From the NCBI GenBank assembly GCA_030704615.1, contig CM060734.1, forward strand, positions 43,834,001 to 43,898,000: a DNA stretch of 64,000 nucleotides. Direction: 5' to 3'. Shown piece by piece: positions 1 to 14,015 of this stretch (positions within the stretch are counted from its first letter, which is position 1; each line of letters opens with the position of its first letter). The translations under genes and the position numbers were made by a program. The DNA is from Takakia lepidozioides (Eukaryota > Plantae > Bryophyta). The notes beneath the pieces are model-generated. The model did no database searches. It saw nothing but the letters and a program-made list of their open reading frames with translations, and had not been told where the DNA came from.

Positions 1-3000
1 GCTATGCCCATTAAGGCGTATCTTCAACGGTATGCCTAAGGTATAAACTGCATGAGCTCCCAACAGCTCTATACTCAACGAATGGCGGCTAATGAATTCA
101 TCTGTCAGGGAGAATTGGGAGAGGGTAGAAAATGGGCCATCACAATACTACCTCCCCGGCCTCCCTCAGATAACATCTCTCTTATTGAACAATTTATGAA
201 AAATAAATGGATGAATTTTTAGGGTTATTATGGATGAAAGTAGATTTCACTATTTGCAAGAGGAGCCACACACGTCTATTGGAGATGTCAAGGCTACTTA
301 TAGCCGTTACACGGCACACTTTGTGAACATAAGAGGTAGGGTAGCTCAACGATAGAGCACCCCACTGAAATTGCGGAAGTCCTAAGTTCAATCCCTAGCC
401 TAATCACGCACAAATTGATCTTTGACGACAAAGAATCAAACCGCTACACCGCTACAGTTGGACTACTTACCACTTTTAGTATAATCAAAGGAAGAGAGAG
501 AGAAGACTCCGGCCGAGACCGGCTAGTGCCACGTTGGGGGGTTGGAAAGTGATGCTACCGGATGAACAACTGCTATGCAAGCATAATATAGAAATCTCAT
601 GAAGAATGAAATTTGGATACTTGTTGCAGATCTCCCGACACGTAGGAAGGCAAATAGATAATGGGATGGTCGTTAGATTGAAGGTTAGGTTGACAGCCAA
701 GGGTCCTAATTAGTTTCTCATTCATACTTGTCCACCTCATATCTATGTTTGAAGCCCAAGCCCCATCTATTTTTTCCCATCTCTAAATTTTTCAGCTGTA
801 GGATTCGTGGTGGGGACATTTGATCCCAACATTTATAGGATTGATTTAGCTCATTAAAACAATTACTTAGTACTACTTGCAATTTTGTATAAAACTTCCT
901 AAGCATTTTTCAACCTTTTTTTTACATTAAATAGACTACTAAAACTTTATTTTTTGCTAGTACTAAACTTTGGGAAGTCTATAGAGAGGTTGCAATATTT
1001 AAATGAGAGATTTGATATGTCTTAATTACTCTTGTAAATTTGTTTGTCATTGAATAGTACCAAATTTGCTTACCCTAAATCCTAGTATGTCACCCTAAAA
1101 ATCTTTTTTGACTATTTGAAGCTCATTATTATTATTTTTTCCCATTGATTCATTTTATAGGATAGAGTGGTCTGGATTTTTGAATGACATTTTTGTAGAT
1201 CCTAAACATTATTTCATGTTTGTTTCTTATCTATACTTTAGCTTAACCCTTAACTTCCTACGCAACCCTTTCCAGGTGGCGCTCTTTAGAGGACCATCCT
1301 AACTTTTGCAGATGAACTTTTCTTACATCCATTCCTTCTGAGCATTTATAGCGCATGAGGTGGCCCACCCGCTCCAATTTATTGCATGCCATTTGGAGCA
1401 TGCATGCGACCTCCAAATTTTTCTAAAGGGACATGGGTCAAAAATTTATTGGGTGGAGGGGACTTGACTAGATACGTGGGCCCCCCTCATTGGGCCATTG
1501 AAGCATACCAGTGATGCCAAAATTGTTCGGTGCTACTCAACCTATTTGAATTTCGGTTTTCACCAAATGGATCTTGTTGAAAATTTTCCTGATGCTTATG
1601 GGCATTGTAAGACAACCCCTCACCAAAGGGATTTGGGTAATTATGGTTTTGGGGATGACATGGTTTGGAAGAAAGCTTTAGGCTTGAATGTGCTTATTAG
1701 GGATGGACATATCAACCCTCACCAAAACACATACAAAGTAGCATATGCAATAAAATGTTGGTGTGATGTGAAAATTGGCATGCACTTTGCATTTGTACTA
1801 TACATTATGAAAAATTGGGGTAGCCTTTTTGGAAAATTCAAAAAGCCCCTCAACATGCTTGGTCAAAGCAAATAAAGGTTTTTTTCAAACCTGCAAAAGA
1901 ACTTTCCGATAAAAACAATATAATCTCTCAAACTCAACGGTGAAAATTCCTAAAATTTGGGGAGATGGTGTAAAGGCTAGGTAGGCATATATGTGTACAG
2001 TCAATTTTTGTGGGTGAATGCTGGTAGGTGGTTAGCTTCTCGTCAGTTCCAAGGATAGTAATTTTTTGATGTGAAAAAAATCATTTGTAGGAAGTTAAGG
2101 TTAATAACGTAAGCCCAGTACCTCGAAAATATCTTTGTAATGTTTATTTTCAGCTCAGTCAAAAATTGCTTTTCTAACTTTGGGGTTGCATACTAGAGTG
2201 GTTGGAATATTTAATTGAAAATTTGTATTGGTCCTAAACACTCTCTCATTATTTGTGTCATTCATATTGTTGCTTGTTTTAAACCCTAGTATACCCTAAA
2301 ACGTAGTTTCTACGTTTGAAGCATAATTAATCTTATTTTCCAGCTTATATGTATGATAGAGTCCTCGGGATATTTACTTGGAAATTCTTATATGTTCCAA
2401 ACACTCTTCCAAATTTTTTTTTGTTCTTGATAGTACTTTTTCTTATCCAAACCTCATTCAAATGTTTAAAGTTCATTCAAATCATTTTTCCAGCTTTGGG
2501 AATAATACAATTATGGTTAAAATATTACTTTATTGAACATTTTTATAAGCCATAAACTTTCCTGCATATTTTTGTGTGATTTATACTTTTATTTTCCTAA
2601 AACTGTATGCCCCTAAAACCTTATGTCCATGTTTGAAGCTCGTTAAGAAAGCAAATTCATATTTTGGGGTAATGCATTCAAGGTTGAGATATTTGATTGA
2701 AATTCTTATAGGTTCGATGCACTGTTGTTGTTTTTTTTTTTCCCTCATTGATATTATTTTCTTATCCTAAACCCTACAATACCTCAAAACTTCATATCCC
2801 GAAGCGAATCATTGGAAAAATAAATGTACATTGATAGCTTTGGAGTACAATATTGATAAATAATTTGGTTTGGAGAAATTATTTTGATTGAAAATTTCTA
2901 GAGGTTCCATAGATTCTTCCACAATTTATTGATGTTGAGCCGGATTTCTCATGTGAGTGAGACTTTTTTTATTTTGGTGTACCGTTTTGATTTTGAATTC

Positions 3001-3829
3001 CCTTCAGTTCGAACTTCGCCTTCCGTTGTATTCATAAATTTATATCCATGACTGTTCTTTTGTAGGATTCAGTTTGGATTTGAGACCGGCCATATTTTGT
3101 TTTTGCGAAACAAACTATCTTATCAAAGTTCAAGTCTTCATTCTTACAAGCTACCTATCTACGTGGAGGCATTTGCAAAAACATATCTTCATGTAACTGA
3201 CACCCAGTCTTCTCAATGTCGGCCATATGTGTAGATGTTCTAGTTTTAAGGCTAGGGTGTTTGTGGATGATATTAATGCATTTGTATGGGGGATAGCAGA
3301 GTAATTGACAACATTGTACTTGGTAACGACGTTTCATGGATACTTTTGCTAATTAATATATATCCTTTGCATTGTCTAATGTATGTCATTTGACTTTGAT
3401 GTCGACGTCTAATGAATTTGGAATCATGCAAATTCACTTGAAATCTGAATCTTGATTCATTACTTCATAATAATATTATTATTTGATTTAAATTAAATAC
3501 ATAATTATATTAAGTTTTGTCCGGATTTAAGCCAAAATTCTGGAATTAGTTCAAATTGAGTTGTGATATTCACAACGGGAGGGAGTGAATTACATTTTAT
3601 ACTTTCTCATTGGTTGTGAAAATGACATTTGTGATAACGTTGCTGGCTCTTGCAGCAGAATAAAATCCAAATAGATATTAAAACAACATTTCTATATGGT
3701 GATTTAAAAGAAGATATTTTATGCAACAGCCCGATCATGTATGAAGCCTGGTTATTGGATTCATTGTGAACATTACAACATCGCCTACACTTGTCCCGAA
3801 AGATCTTAAGTACTACCATAAGAGAAAAA

Positions 3830-4445
3830 CACTAACACGAACCCAACGCCACAACCAAGGAAAATCATGCAAAAAATAAGCATAATAACATCTTGAGCTG
3901 TAGCATTAAGAACTACTCTTGCAAAAAAGACTGCAGCTGCAATGATCATAGTTGGCCTATGATCATATACTCGAGTTATCCACGAGGCAAAGTATATGAA
4001 ACAAGGCCCGCAATGTATAAGGATGAGGTGAACGCTTGCAATTTTTTATCGTTGTACTTACAGTAGTTGTTTTCGATGGCATGTCGTTCTTGGTACAATA
4101 CTTGGGGAAAACGTTTGGCTATGAAATCGTCCATTGAGGTAACTCCCCCTACCATAAGACAATTGTGAGAAGGAGTGGATATCAACGACGGTTTTCTGAT
4201 AGGTGATATTGAAAGGAAACTTTGAACAAAGTGGTCTTAAAAATGAATGTGGAAATTTTGATCAATTTGAAAGCAAACCTAGCGACATTCATTTCAAGAT
4301 TGGTTAGCAACTTATTTGAAATGTCTATAAGCATACCAGAAATTCCGATGTCGTATCCAAACATTAGACCACTTGAAGCTGCGAGTATACATGTCAACAT
4401 CACGTCGAAGGTGATGCGACCCGTGTACTCGTTGTCCCAAAACTG
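3830..4445 (-). pseudogene. STP13: Sugar transport protein (MFS, STP13/MST-like) 5' fragment, copy 3 (partial exon 1 + exon 2)
   Basis: [19 protein letters not shown] / GVTSMDDFIAKRFPQVLY..NNYCKYNDKKLQAFTSSLYIAGLVS; frameshifted, no downstream exons. Confidence 0.8.
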
Positions 4446-4469
4446 TTAAGAACTACCGTAAGAGAAAAC

Positions 4470-5115
4470 ACTAACCCGATTCGCGAACCAACGCCCCAAC
4501 CAAGGAAAATCCTGTAAAAAACGAGCATAGGAACATCTTGAGCTGCAGCATTAAGAACTACCCCTGCAAGAAAGAGTCCAGCTCCAATGAACATAGTTGG
4601 CCTGCAACCATATACACGAGTTGTCCACGAGGCAAAGTATGTGGAAACAAGGCCTGCAATGTATAAAGATGACGTGAACGTCTGCAATTTCTGATCGTTG
4701 TCCTTGCAGTAGTTGTTCTCGATGTCATGCCGTTCTTGGTACAACACTTGGGGAAAAAACTTGGCTAGGAAATCGTCCATTGAGGTAACCCCATCTGTCA
4801 TAAGAAGAACAATTGTGAGAAATGAGTGGATATCATCGACGGTTTCCTAATAGGTGATTTTGAGAGGAAACTTTGAAAAAAATTGTCTAAAGACTGAATG
4901 TGGAAATTTGTATCAATTTGAAAGCAAACCTAGTAACATTCACTTCTAGATAAGTTTGCAATTTATTTAAAATGTCCATAAGCATACTAGAAATCCTGAT
5001 GTCATAGCCAAACATTAGACCACCCGAAACTGCAAGCATGCACATCAACACCACGTAAAGGGTGATGCGACCAATATACTCGTTGTTAAATGATCTTCCC
5101 ACATAAGGCATGGTC
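4470..5115 (-). pseudogene. STP13: STP13-like 5' fragment, copy 2 (exons 1-2)
   Basis: GRITLYVVLMCMLAVSGGLMFGYD, intron, then GVTSMDDFLAKFFP...FTSSLYIAGLVSTYFASWTTRVYGCRPTM...LNAAAQDVPML..RIFLGWGVG. Confidence 0.85.
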
Positions 5116-5679
5116 ATCCTAACCATCCTGTTGAGGAACAAAAAGATGGACAACCTACAAATTATAAGTTGAATTTTTTTTTTATAAGGTTATTTATCAA
5201 TGTTGTATATATCTATCTAAACTAGAAACCATAGAGTTGTGGAGAGAAGAAACAAACAAACCAAACACAAGAGAAAGCAAACAAGAGAGAAGGGGAGACA
5301 AAAGCAAGGTGAAAGAGATGTGTCTTTTATGCACTGGCATTTTTTGCAGCATCTATAGAACTCATTCATCCAGTCTACTCATCAATCCGGTCTACTTTTC
5401 GGCCAAAATGGATTTTATCGTCCACATAAAGACGAGTTCTGTTGATGATTATAGATTGCTCATCCATAGATTACCTATAGCACACCCCATAACACACATC
5501 CAGACAAATATGGTACAGTCAAAGTTCCAAGCTCAAAATTGTAAACTGTTCAACGTCCCGACAGCGCAGGGCTCTTATTGAATGGGACAATGAGTACCAG
5601 TCTCGCAGCTGGACTGGATTGCGAAACATTGTCAGGCCCTGCCTGCCACCGCCCTCCTTCTCGCCACGTTCGGCACGTT

Positions 5680-6300
5680 TGGTAAACCCAACGCCCCAAC
5701 CAATGAAAATCTTGCCAAAAATGAGCAAGAGAACATCTTGAGCTGTAGCATTAAGAACTACTCCCATAAGAAAGACTCCAGCTGCAATGAATATAGTTGG
5801 CCTGCGACCATATACTCGAGTTATCCACGAGGCCCGCAATGTATAAGGATGAGGTGAACACCTGAATTTTTTGATCATTGTACTTGCAGTAGTTGTTTTC
5901 GATGGCATGTCGTTATTGGTACAACACTTCGGGAAAAAAAACTTGGCTAGGAAATCGTCCATTGAGGTAATCCTCCCTGCCATAAGAAGAACAATGGTGA
6001 GAAATGAATGAATATCATCGACGGTTTTCCTAATAGGTGATTTTGAGAGGAAACTCTGAACAAAGTTGTCTAAAGAATAAATGTGGAAATTTGTATCAAT
6101 TTAAAAGCAAACCTAGCAACATTCACTTCAAGATTGGTTTGCAATTTATTTAAAATGTCCATAAACATATTAGAAATCCCGATGTCGTAGCCAAACATTA
6201 GACCACCCGAAGCTGCAAGCATGCACGTCAACACCACGTAAAGGGTGATGCGACCGATATACTCGTTGCTAAATGATCTTCCCACGTAAGGCATGGTCAT
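5680..6300 (-). pseudogene. STP13: STP13-like 5' fragment, copy 1 (exons 1-2)
   Basis: Same exon pair ~1.19 kb from copy 2; donor GT mutated to AT, frameshift in a T run, deletion in exon 2. Confidence 0.85.
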
Positions 6301-7079
6301 CCTAACCATCATGTTGAGGAACAAAAAGATGGGCAACCTACAATTGTAAGTTGAAAAATACTTGAGGTTGTAGGTCGTCCACAAGGTTATATTATCAATG
6401 TTATATATATCAACAGACTTCCTTAATACCTCATCACAAATTCTACAAAACCATTTTAACAAGATAAGTATTGGCTACCTACAATTACGAGATAATTTTT
6501 GCTTTGCTAGCTTGAGTACCTAGTGCAAAATAGAGTCCTCTAGTATCACGTATGGTGTGGTGTATATATAATCTTTGAAATCTCTTCTACTTTATATTTG
6601 AGGGAACTTGGGCTTCTATTTGATGGTGTCCATTTTATAATAATATTGATAGTGAAATGGTTCTGTGAAATTTGGTAGAGGTTAAGCTTGTGTATGATTA
6701 GAGGCCGGGATGAACTACCAAGCAAAGCTAGAAGGTGTCAGATGGAAGGATGTATGTGTCTCATGAAGTATATATGTTGAGGATACAAAATAAGAGTGTA
6801 AAGAAGTACATTCAGAACCCTATGCAAGAGCATGAGAAAGCCAACAAATCGAAATATAAAGCAAATGTGGAGGAGTGTCTTGGTATTTGTGAGGGCGTTG
6901 TTCTAAATTTTCGTGAGTGGAAGGCATTTGGGGCCTAAGCATAGAAGCTTTTGGAAGTTAGGGAGAAGGGAATAGTGGTTTTCCATGACGTTGGGGTCTC
7001 TTCAGCTGATATGACTCCAAAAGCTGATTACCACCTCTACAAAATGGATGATTTGGACTTAAGAGATGTTGTAAATACC

Positions 7080-7188
7080 CCTGCATGCCTGTAGCTGCAG
7101 CAGTGGCAGCCATGAACATGGACTGCTGATGAGCAATCAATGCTGCCATTTGTTGCTGTTGTGTTACAAATGGAGCCGCCATGGATGA
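7080..7188 (-). pseudogene. Isolated exon resembling the C-terminus of ARF-GAP AGD5/NEVERSHED
   Basis: After a CAG acceptor: SSMAAPFVTQQQQMAALIAHQQSMFMAATAAA, resembling the recalled AGD5 motif S..VSPF..HQQQ.AMLAQQQ.L.MAAA; not searched. Confidence 0.45.
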
Positions 7189-7524
7189 CTGCTCATTGAC
7201 AATCCCAAAAACCAAACATTGTGAGACATATGTTCCTTGAACATGCATGCCCACAACTTAATAGCAACTTCTCAGGATTGACAAACCGTGAAAAAGAACA
7301 GAACCCCCATGATAGTGCTTTCTTGGAGTACCTGTCAGATTTTGGCAATGGGAACAAAACTTGAGGTAAATTTTCTATGGCCATTAGAATTTTTAAAGTA
7401 TTATTGTCTTTGATTGTGATTGACAACAAATAATGAGATGTTCGAGAGGTCAGGCTTAAAGAAGATCAAGCTTCTCACAAGCCTACGTAGGACATTACCT
7501 CCACAGGTGATTAGGCAATTTCAA

Positions 7525-9985
7525 CTTCACGTTGGGTTTCATAACCATCCATGTGCCAAGGGCGAGAATAGAGAGGCTGCGGAAAATGCATCAAGCATGA
7601 TTCAAGAGCACGTTAAGATGAAGCCATGGTCGACCCCGGGAGCTATTTCCTTGTCAATGGCCCAAAAGCTCTTGATTGATCGAGTTCTTGTGGCTGATGG
7701 CACAGAGACAGTACGTCTTGAGGGAGAGGCTTTGGAAGATATTCTTGAAGAGTTTGCCCATGTTTGTAGCCCCAATGTGAAAAACAAGGTCGCATCTGCA
7801 CGTGTCAATTCCATCATGTCCATATGGGAGTTGAAGCGTCTGAGTACATACCATTTCATTCACAGCAATCTCCTTCCAGGCCAGCATACTTCTCATCTCC
7901 CCCATGTTTTCAAGATGTCTGTTGCTGGTCCCGGGAGTGGTGTTGATCTTGTGCGTCGCATGAGTGAGGGGGATCTACGCACAAGTTGGGTAGTATTTGA
8001 CCATGTCAAACGCATCAAGGATTGGACAACTCTTGCGTGTCATGTCTATGAACCATATGTCAAGCGAATGATGACCATTGCCATTTGCGATATGAAAACA
8101 GAGGATGCAGATGCTCAGGTGTTATTCTGGGAGATGATCAATGAACAAGCAAAACTTGCTGGCTTGAACAAACCAAATTTTGCTGGCTTCATGGCGGATG
8201 CAGCAGGAGCGAATTGGGCTGCTGTTCGAAGGGTTTATGGATCTGATCCCAATGTCCCAATGGAAGGTAAAGAAAGAACTTGTTTATATCATTGGGCTGA
8301 AAGCCTCCGAAGACACACCAACGACTCCGAAGACACACCAACGACTATATCTTGGAGGACTTCCGTGAAAGGCACACTCAGCTCTGTTATGAATGGAAAA
8401 ATAGTGCTACCTTGGAGGATGCTACAACCACATACATTGCAATTCGGGCTTGGTGGCTCTCTTCAGGAGCATGCACAGAAAAGAGTCTGCCAAAACTAGA
8501 TTCATGGCTTGCATGGTGGCACTACAGATATCGAATGTGGGGCCAATGGATGAGAGATGACATGGATGTGGAGGCAGATGCAGATATGCCTACCACTAAT
8601 TTGTCTGAGGCAGTCCATTCTGCTTGGTGGAAGACAGCAGGCAATGGGAAAAAAATGAAGGTGGATCTATATGAGGCCACCATGCATGACATGTCACGAG
8701 CTCTTTTGCAGCAGGCAACATTTTACAGGCACACCACAGGAAAGACATGGGGGACGGGGCCCGACAAAGAGGAGCTCATGTTGCGTCAAGCAGCTAGATC
8801 TAATAGCCCAGCAAAAATGGGTAAGGTTGTACGTGGCATAGTAGCTGGAACACCCATGCACACAAGGGGGTTCAATTGGAGGGAGACAATCGCACTATTC
8901 CAGTCAAACGCAAGTTAGGCGATGAGCATGGTGGGCCAAACGAATCTTGGAGGTGTGATATGAATGTAAAGTCTGTTCCAGTGCGCGCCACTGGGATGCC
9001 CAGTCCACACCAGCCATCTAGGTTCGTCAGCTCCAAATCAAGTCATGACATTCCTAGTTCTTCGACTTTCTGTGAGACAAATCCACATGTTGCTATCCCT
9101 CCTCAGCCAATGCAATGGGGAAATCCAGTGAGAGAGACACAAGACTTTTCCGATGCATTGTTCAGGATTCAGCGGACAGGTCCTGCTTCCATGGTTCGTT
9201 GTTCTGCCTTGGTTGGAGTTTCTAAAGATAAATGCAAAGCGCTCATCAGGAAAGGTAAAGGAAGTCCTGCACCTTGCTTCACTGGCAAGTTACTAGCACC
9301 GAACATGAAAGAACCAAAACTGCAAGTTTTTTGGTTTTGCCCCACAGATGTTTTGTCGTGTGTTGGAGGGACCGTGCCATCCTATTGCTTGGGAAAACTG
9401 GGTATACCTAACGTGTGGCCTGTGAAGGTTGGAACCAACCTTACACAAGAAGAGGTGGACAACTTGACCCTTGCAGGTTTTCGACTAGTCCATCCTCCCA
9501 ACGTTCCTGATCCGAACTTTCCTGTGGGACCACTTCCAGTGGAACAACATATGCATCAAGGTGTTGTCCTTCCTGTGGGTAAGTATCCCACTACACGCTA
9601 TGGGGTGCGCATTCGGCGTCGGGATCCGACTCCTCGACACTTGAGTCGCCAAGAGTCAGCGGATACTCTTATTGCTGAGGTTCGTGGATTCAGAAACGTG
9701 CCTCAGCTAGGTTATGGGAGAATTTACCAGCTACAAACAGAGGGATCTACCAGAGCAGGATTGGTTTACAATGTATACATTGGTTAGTTTCCATCTTGTG
9801 ATTGTCCCGACTTTGATGAGCTATCTGTCAAGAAGAAAAAACAAACATATCTACCTTGTAAGCACATGTACTTCATGTACAACGTGCATCTAGGATGCGC
9901 CAGGGCTTATGAGATCCACCAACCTTCCCTTAGCCAGTTAGAGGTTAGGGCTATGCTAAAGAAGGACCCTAGTTCAACTTCTTAG
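7525..9985 (+). pseudogene. Mutator/MULE-like DDE transposase, central and C-terminal part, with SWIM zinc finger
   Basis: HVGFHNHP (end of Zn finger), FDHVKR (D1), FMAD (D2), CLYH (CxxH), TTNLSEAVH (E), C-terminal CDCPDF...PCKH SWIM; frameshifts at ~8325 and ~8870, stop at 9785-9787. Confidence 0.8.
8305..8344 (+). repeat. Perfect 20-bp tandem duplication that frameshifts the transposase
   Basis: CTCCGAAGACACACCAACGA x2; removing one copy gives in-frame ...LRRHTNDYILEDFRERH... Confidence 0.95.
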
Positions 9986-10812
9986 TGACACATGAAATGC
10001 ACAAAAAAAGAACCTCTAACTTCTGTCGTTCATTTTCATGCATGTGACATGTAATTATCTTGTTACTACTTTATTCCAAACATGACACATAGCATTTGTT
10101 AGTACAAAAGTTCCTATTTTGGTTAAAATGGAACTTGTGTACCTGTCATACAAGTTTTCAAATTATAGAACTGCTTGGCATTACAAACAGACATGCAATG
10201 TGGTGGTTCCAAACATGACACATATGCATTTGTTAGTACAAAAGTCCATATTTTGGTTAATATGAAACTGTTTTCCTTGAATACAAGTTTGCAAACTATT
10301 ACTTTGGCCAGGGATCTTGTATTCTCTTCAGTTTAAGGTGGTGCATTAGTTGGAGTTAGTGGTCACATGCATCTTTGACCATTGACTACTGATTTTGTTA
10401 GCTAAGATTTTTATTTTATTTTTTCCTATATACATATGATGTAACATTTGCATATGCAATAAATACGTCGTATTCTATGTTATATAACTCCACTGCATAC
10501 AATCTACAATGTGTGCATACAAATTTGTCACATGCATATATAATAAGGGATTTTATGCATGCATGCACGCAACCTGTGCATATGGAATAGCAACCCCCTA
10601 CTCTCGCGATACTACTTACGCAGTGGCGCAGGGAGAGAAGAACAGAGGGTATCTTTTCTCTTGGTCGATGCTTGCAAGCCCCACAGGCTTACAAAAAATT
10701 ACCCATAGCGTTTTGTGGCAATCATACATTTGTGTTTTGTGCCCTGCAGGCATTACTTCAGTTGTTACAGCCACAACCTTACTGTTTATCCAGAATGAAG
10801 AGGGTGAGAGGA

Positions 10813-11061
10813 ATGGAAGAAATCAGGGTGAAGAGCACAACAATCATGTAGAAACAAACGATTGCTACTCCATACGCGGTGAAGTTACTGAAGGACCTGC
10901 GATTAGAAGGTTTGCAAAGCAAAGATTGGACATTACACTATAGGCAATACATGTTACAGTTTTTGCAGAACTTTGAGCCTAAAACAGGAGCGACAACGGT
11001 GAAGGGAGTTGAATTAGAGGTTACTCCCCTATACTTACAGCAATTATTTGAATTGCCATAG
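10813..11061 (+). pseudogene. Truncated 5' end of a transposon accessory gene (plant-mobile-domain-like)
   Basis: LLKDLRLEGL..W...YMLQFLQNFEPKTGATTVKGVELEVTPLYLQQLFELP resembles PMD-like domains of plant MULE/retro ORFs; internal stop; cut at ~11058. Confidence 0.35.
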
Positions 11062-13229
11062 CTTTCACCCACTTTGGTATTTCACCTACAGCTGCAGAAC
11101 TGCTAGCTCCAACAGAGTTTTGACTGTCCAAAGCGATATTGAGGCCCTCAACGCCAACTACAGCAGTTTGTTGTCCATTGCTAATGCCTGACTCCCAGTA
11201 TGCAATCAACTCGTCCAACTGTTCTCCACTCAAATCAGTCTGAGTTCCTTGGGAAACATAAATTCTGTCCCCTTGTGTGCACAGGCTAAGACAAAAGACC
11301 TGCCCTTCAATTACGTCCTCATTTCCCCCAGCCATACAAGGAGTACATCCCCAGATTTATCTCTCATGTAGACCAGAACAGGTTCTAGAATCAGAATTGT
11401 GGATCTTTCATGGCACACTCACACTCTAAAAATTCCATAGATTTTTAGCAGAGTCCCAAAAACTGAAACCAGGTCGAAATAGGTAGATTTCCCCTTTCTG
11501 CAGCTATCCCCTCAAGAACTGAGTCAAACAGAGTCCATTTGACAAAGATATGACCAATTTGGCTTTAAATCATTTAAATTAGATCAAAAGGGCCCCCCTT
11601 TTTTTTTAAAGGTTTTCAAATTTAAAAATTTGAAGTTACACCCAAAATATCTGGTAACTGGTTCTCGGTTCCCTAAGTTCTATATGGTTTCCTAGGTTCC
11701 CTGGCCACGTGCCCTATAATTCCTAGGATTTCAGTTGTGTTTACAAATGCACCCCCACAGCTCTTGGTTACCAGTGACCTGCTCTCCTCCAGTCGAGATC
11801 CGTAGCTATGCCGAGCCTTAATCCTTTGCACCAATATTCCCAACAAAAGCAGGAGCACTTACAATGCAACCCCGGAAAGCACCAGAGCTAACTAGCTTTG
11901 ATCAAGAACGCTTACAGCCCTTCATGCGTGCTGATTTTTCAAGGTGGCAACAACAGATCTGCTATCACTGATTGTGTAAGCCTTTACATGGAGTTGGCAC
12001 AGGCTGCCCTCAAGTTCTAGATTGTAAACATAGACCGAGCAGGTCGTGTAGTGAGCTGGGCCCCTTCAGCTCATATCCCGCTCATACACCAAGTGTCACC
12101 TAGTGAGTCCACAGTCTCCCACTCTCATGCTCTCCTGCAACAAACACAACCTTGAGGTTCAATCCTCCAAAACCTGAGGATCGCCAGCCTGGGGGGTTGA
12201 CACTGTCAGAAAGCGCCCCTCCCTTCCAACAAATGGCCTAAGATCTAGTGACCTCGTCAATCCTTCCCTGGATTGCTCTTGCTTGGCCTTACCCACAGCT
12301 GCCTGCACCTCTCGCTGTGTTTCTGCCTGACATTTGACTACCCTCCAAAGAATCGGGTGAAGAGAGATGACCAGTAATAGATTGCCTGGAGGCTTGCTGT
12401 TGCAAAGGGGCTGGCGTAAGTGCAGCAGCTTGTTGTGCTGGCTCAATGTGGAGTTCAGCTGCATTAACCATCTTTACAAGGCCATGCACAGGCTCATGTA
12501 AAAAGTTGCCAAGCCTATAGTTCAAAGAACCACAAAGAAAAGCTGTTGTGGCCAACTTGACCAACCACGAGGCACAAGGCGCTAGTCCCAACTTTCACTA
12601 TTGGCTGGAAAGATTGCCAACCATTCTTTCCACCACAACCTTAGAAATCTTCATCATGTGTGTGAATTAATGCTTCAGGGGGCTCAAAAGAGTACTGACG
12701 TACTGGCTGGCAGGAAGTTGCAATGCCACCACATCAAGGTGGCCTGTAAGCACTGCCACCACGACCTTCTCTTCAGCAGTGTGCGGCAGGTGTCCAACTG
12801 CCCTCATGCCTTCTGCACTCCGGCCATCCCTTGGCTGCACTACCAGCTGCTGACCTGATCCTTCACCTGGACAGAAGGGAGATCATTGCTTGGGGAGCTT
12901 TGAGCTTTGAGCAACAATAGATTCTCTGAAAGATCTCTTCATCCCTCCCTGCTTGCGTTCATATCAGTGTAGATGAATCCCTCGTGGCCATCCTGCAGGA
13001 TCTTCTCTACAGCATGCAAGCTGCACCGTTTTGCCCATATTTTTCCTGTCCAATTGCCAACCAGCAAGAAATAGAGAGGAATATGTGGAAATTTCAAGAA
13101 CAACGGGCTCCGCACACGCGGTAGAGTCTGAATGCTGCTTTGTACCCAGTTGAGCTGCCAGTCTCGCATTCACTTTCCCCACCAAGGCAGCTGCATGAAT
13201 ACTATGAATACCATCACAGCTCCCATCTT

Positions 13230-13350
13230 CCACTCGCTTCCACCACAGGACGACTGGGTTTCATTGGCATTTTCTTAACAACGTCCTCTACCTCCTTCAA
13301 TTGCCCCACATGGCCAGAAGGTTCACCACACAGCTGAAGTCATCCACTGT
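13230..13350 (-). pseudogene. PPR (PLS/E-domain) gene fragment
   Basis: GHVGQLKEVEDVVKKMPMKPSRPVVEA resembles the E-motif consensus GRAG.L.EAE..I..MP.KP...VW.ALL. Confidence 0.55.
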
Positions 13351-14015
13351 AGAAGTGAGGCCATCATCTTGACTTACGGAATCGAAGCGCCCCCATGGCT
13401 ACATGCAGAGAGAACCCATGATACAAGCCTCTCTTTTGCAGTCCTTCACACAGCTGACAGGCCACCATGCTGGGCAAGTCCTACACCTTTCTTCGATCCC
13501 CCTGTAGTCCGGACGGACGGCAAAACCGTGGCTTGGAAGAGCACCCAGCTCCACACCCACTTACCCAATGTACTTAGCAGGCACACGCCTTAACCACTCG
13601 TAGTTGTGTTCTTATGCCGTGCGATCGTCCACTCCTGATATGCCTCTCCAGCTTCCGTTCGATCCATCCCTGCGCTGCGGCCTCACCCTCTCAGTGGAGC
13701 CTCCCTGACAAATGGGAGCACAGGACGCGGTTACGGAGTTCGTCTCCATGCGCGCAGGCTGCAATGTGAAGAAGCTTGAAAGTGGCAGGCAACCATGGCC
13801 GAGCTGCTGCCGTGCTTCAACCACTCTACCTATACCCCCCGAGTCCCACCATTGCGACTGAGGATGTGAGACGAACTCAAGCTAGAGCCATTATATGCTC
13901 ATTGCTTGAGCTGTGTACAAGACCATGACCATCTATATTATAATAGTGCTTAAAAAAACAAAAACATCATATCTAGCTTAGCACTGGAAAACTAGATAGA
14001 GTCATCTCTCTCGAG

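Noticed and set aside
336-405. tRNA gene
   Set aside because: A/B-box-like motifs are present but the stems pair poorly; at most a decayed tRNA-derived fragment.
1498-1875. 125-aa ORF
   Set aside because: No recognisable motif; non-ATG start in AT-rich repetitive sequence.
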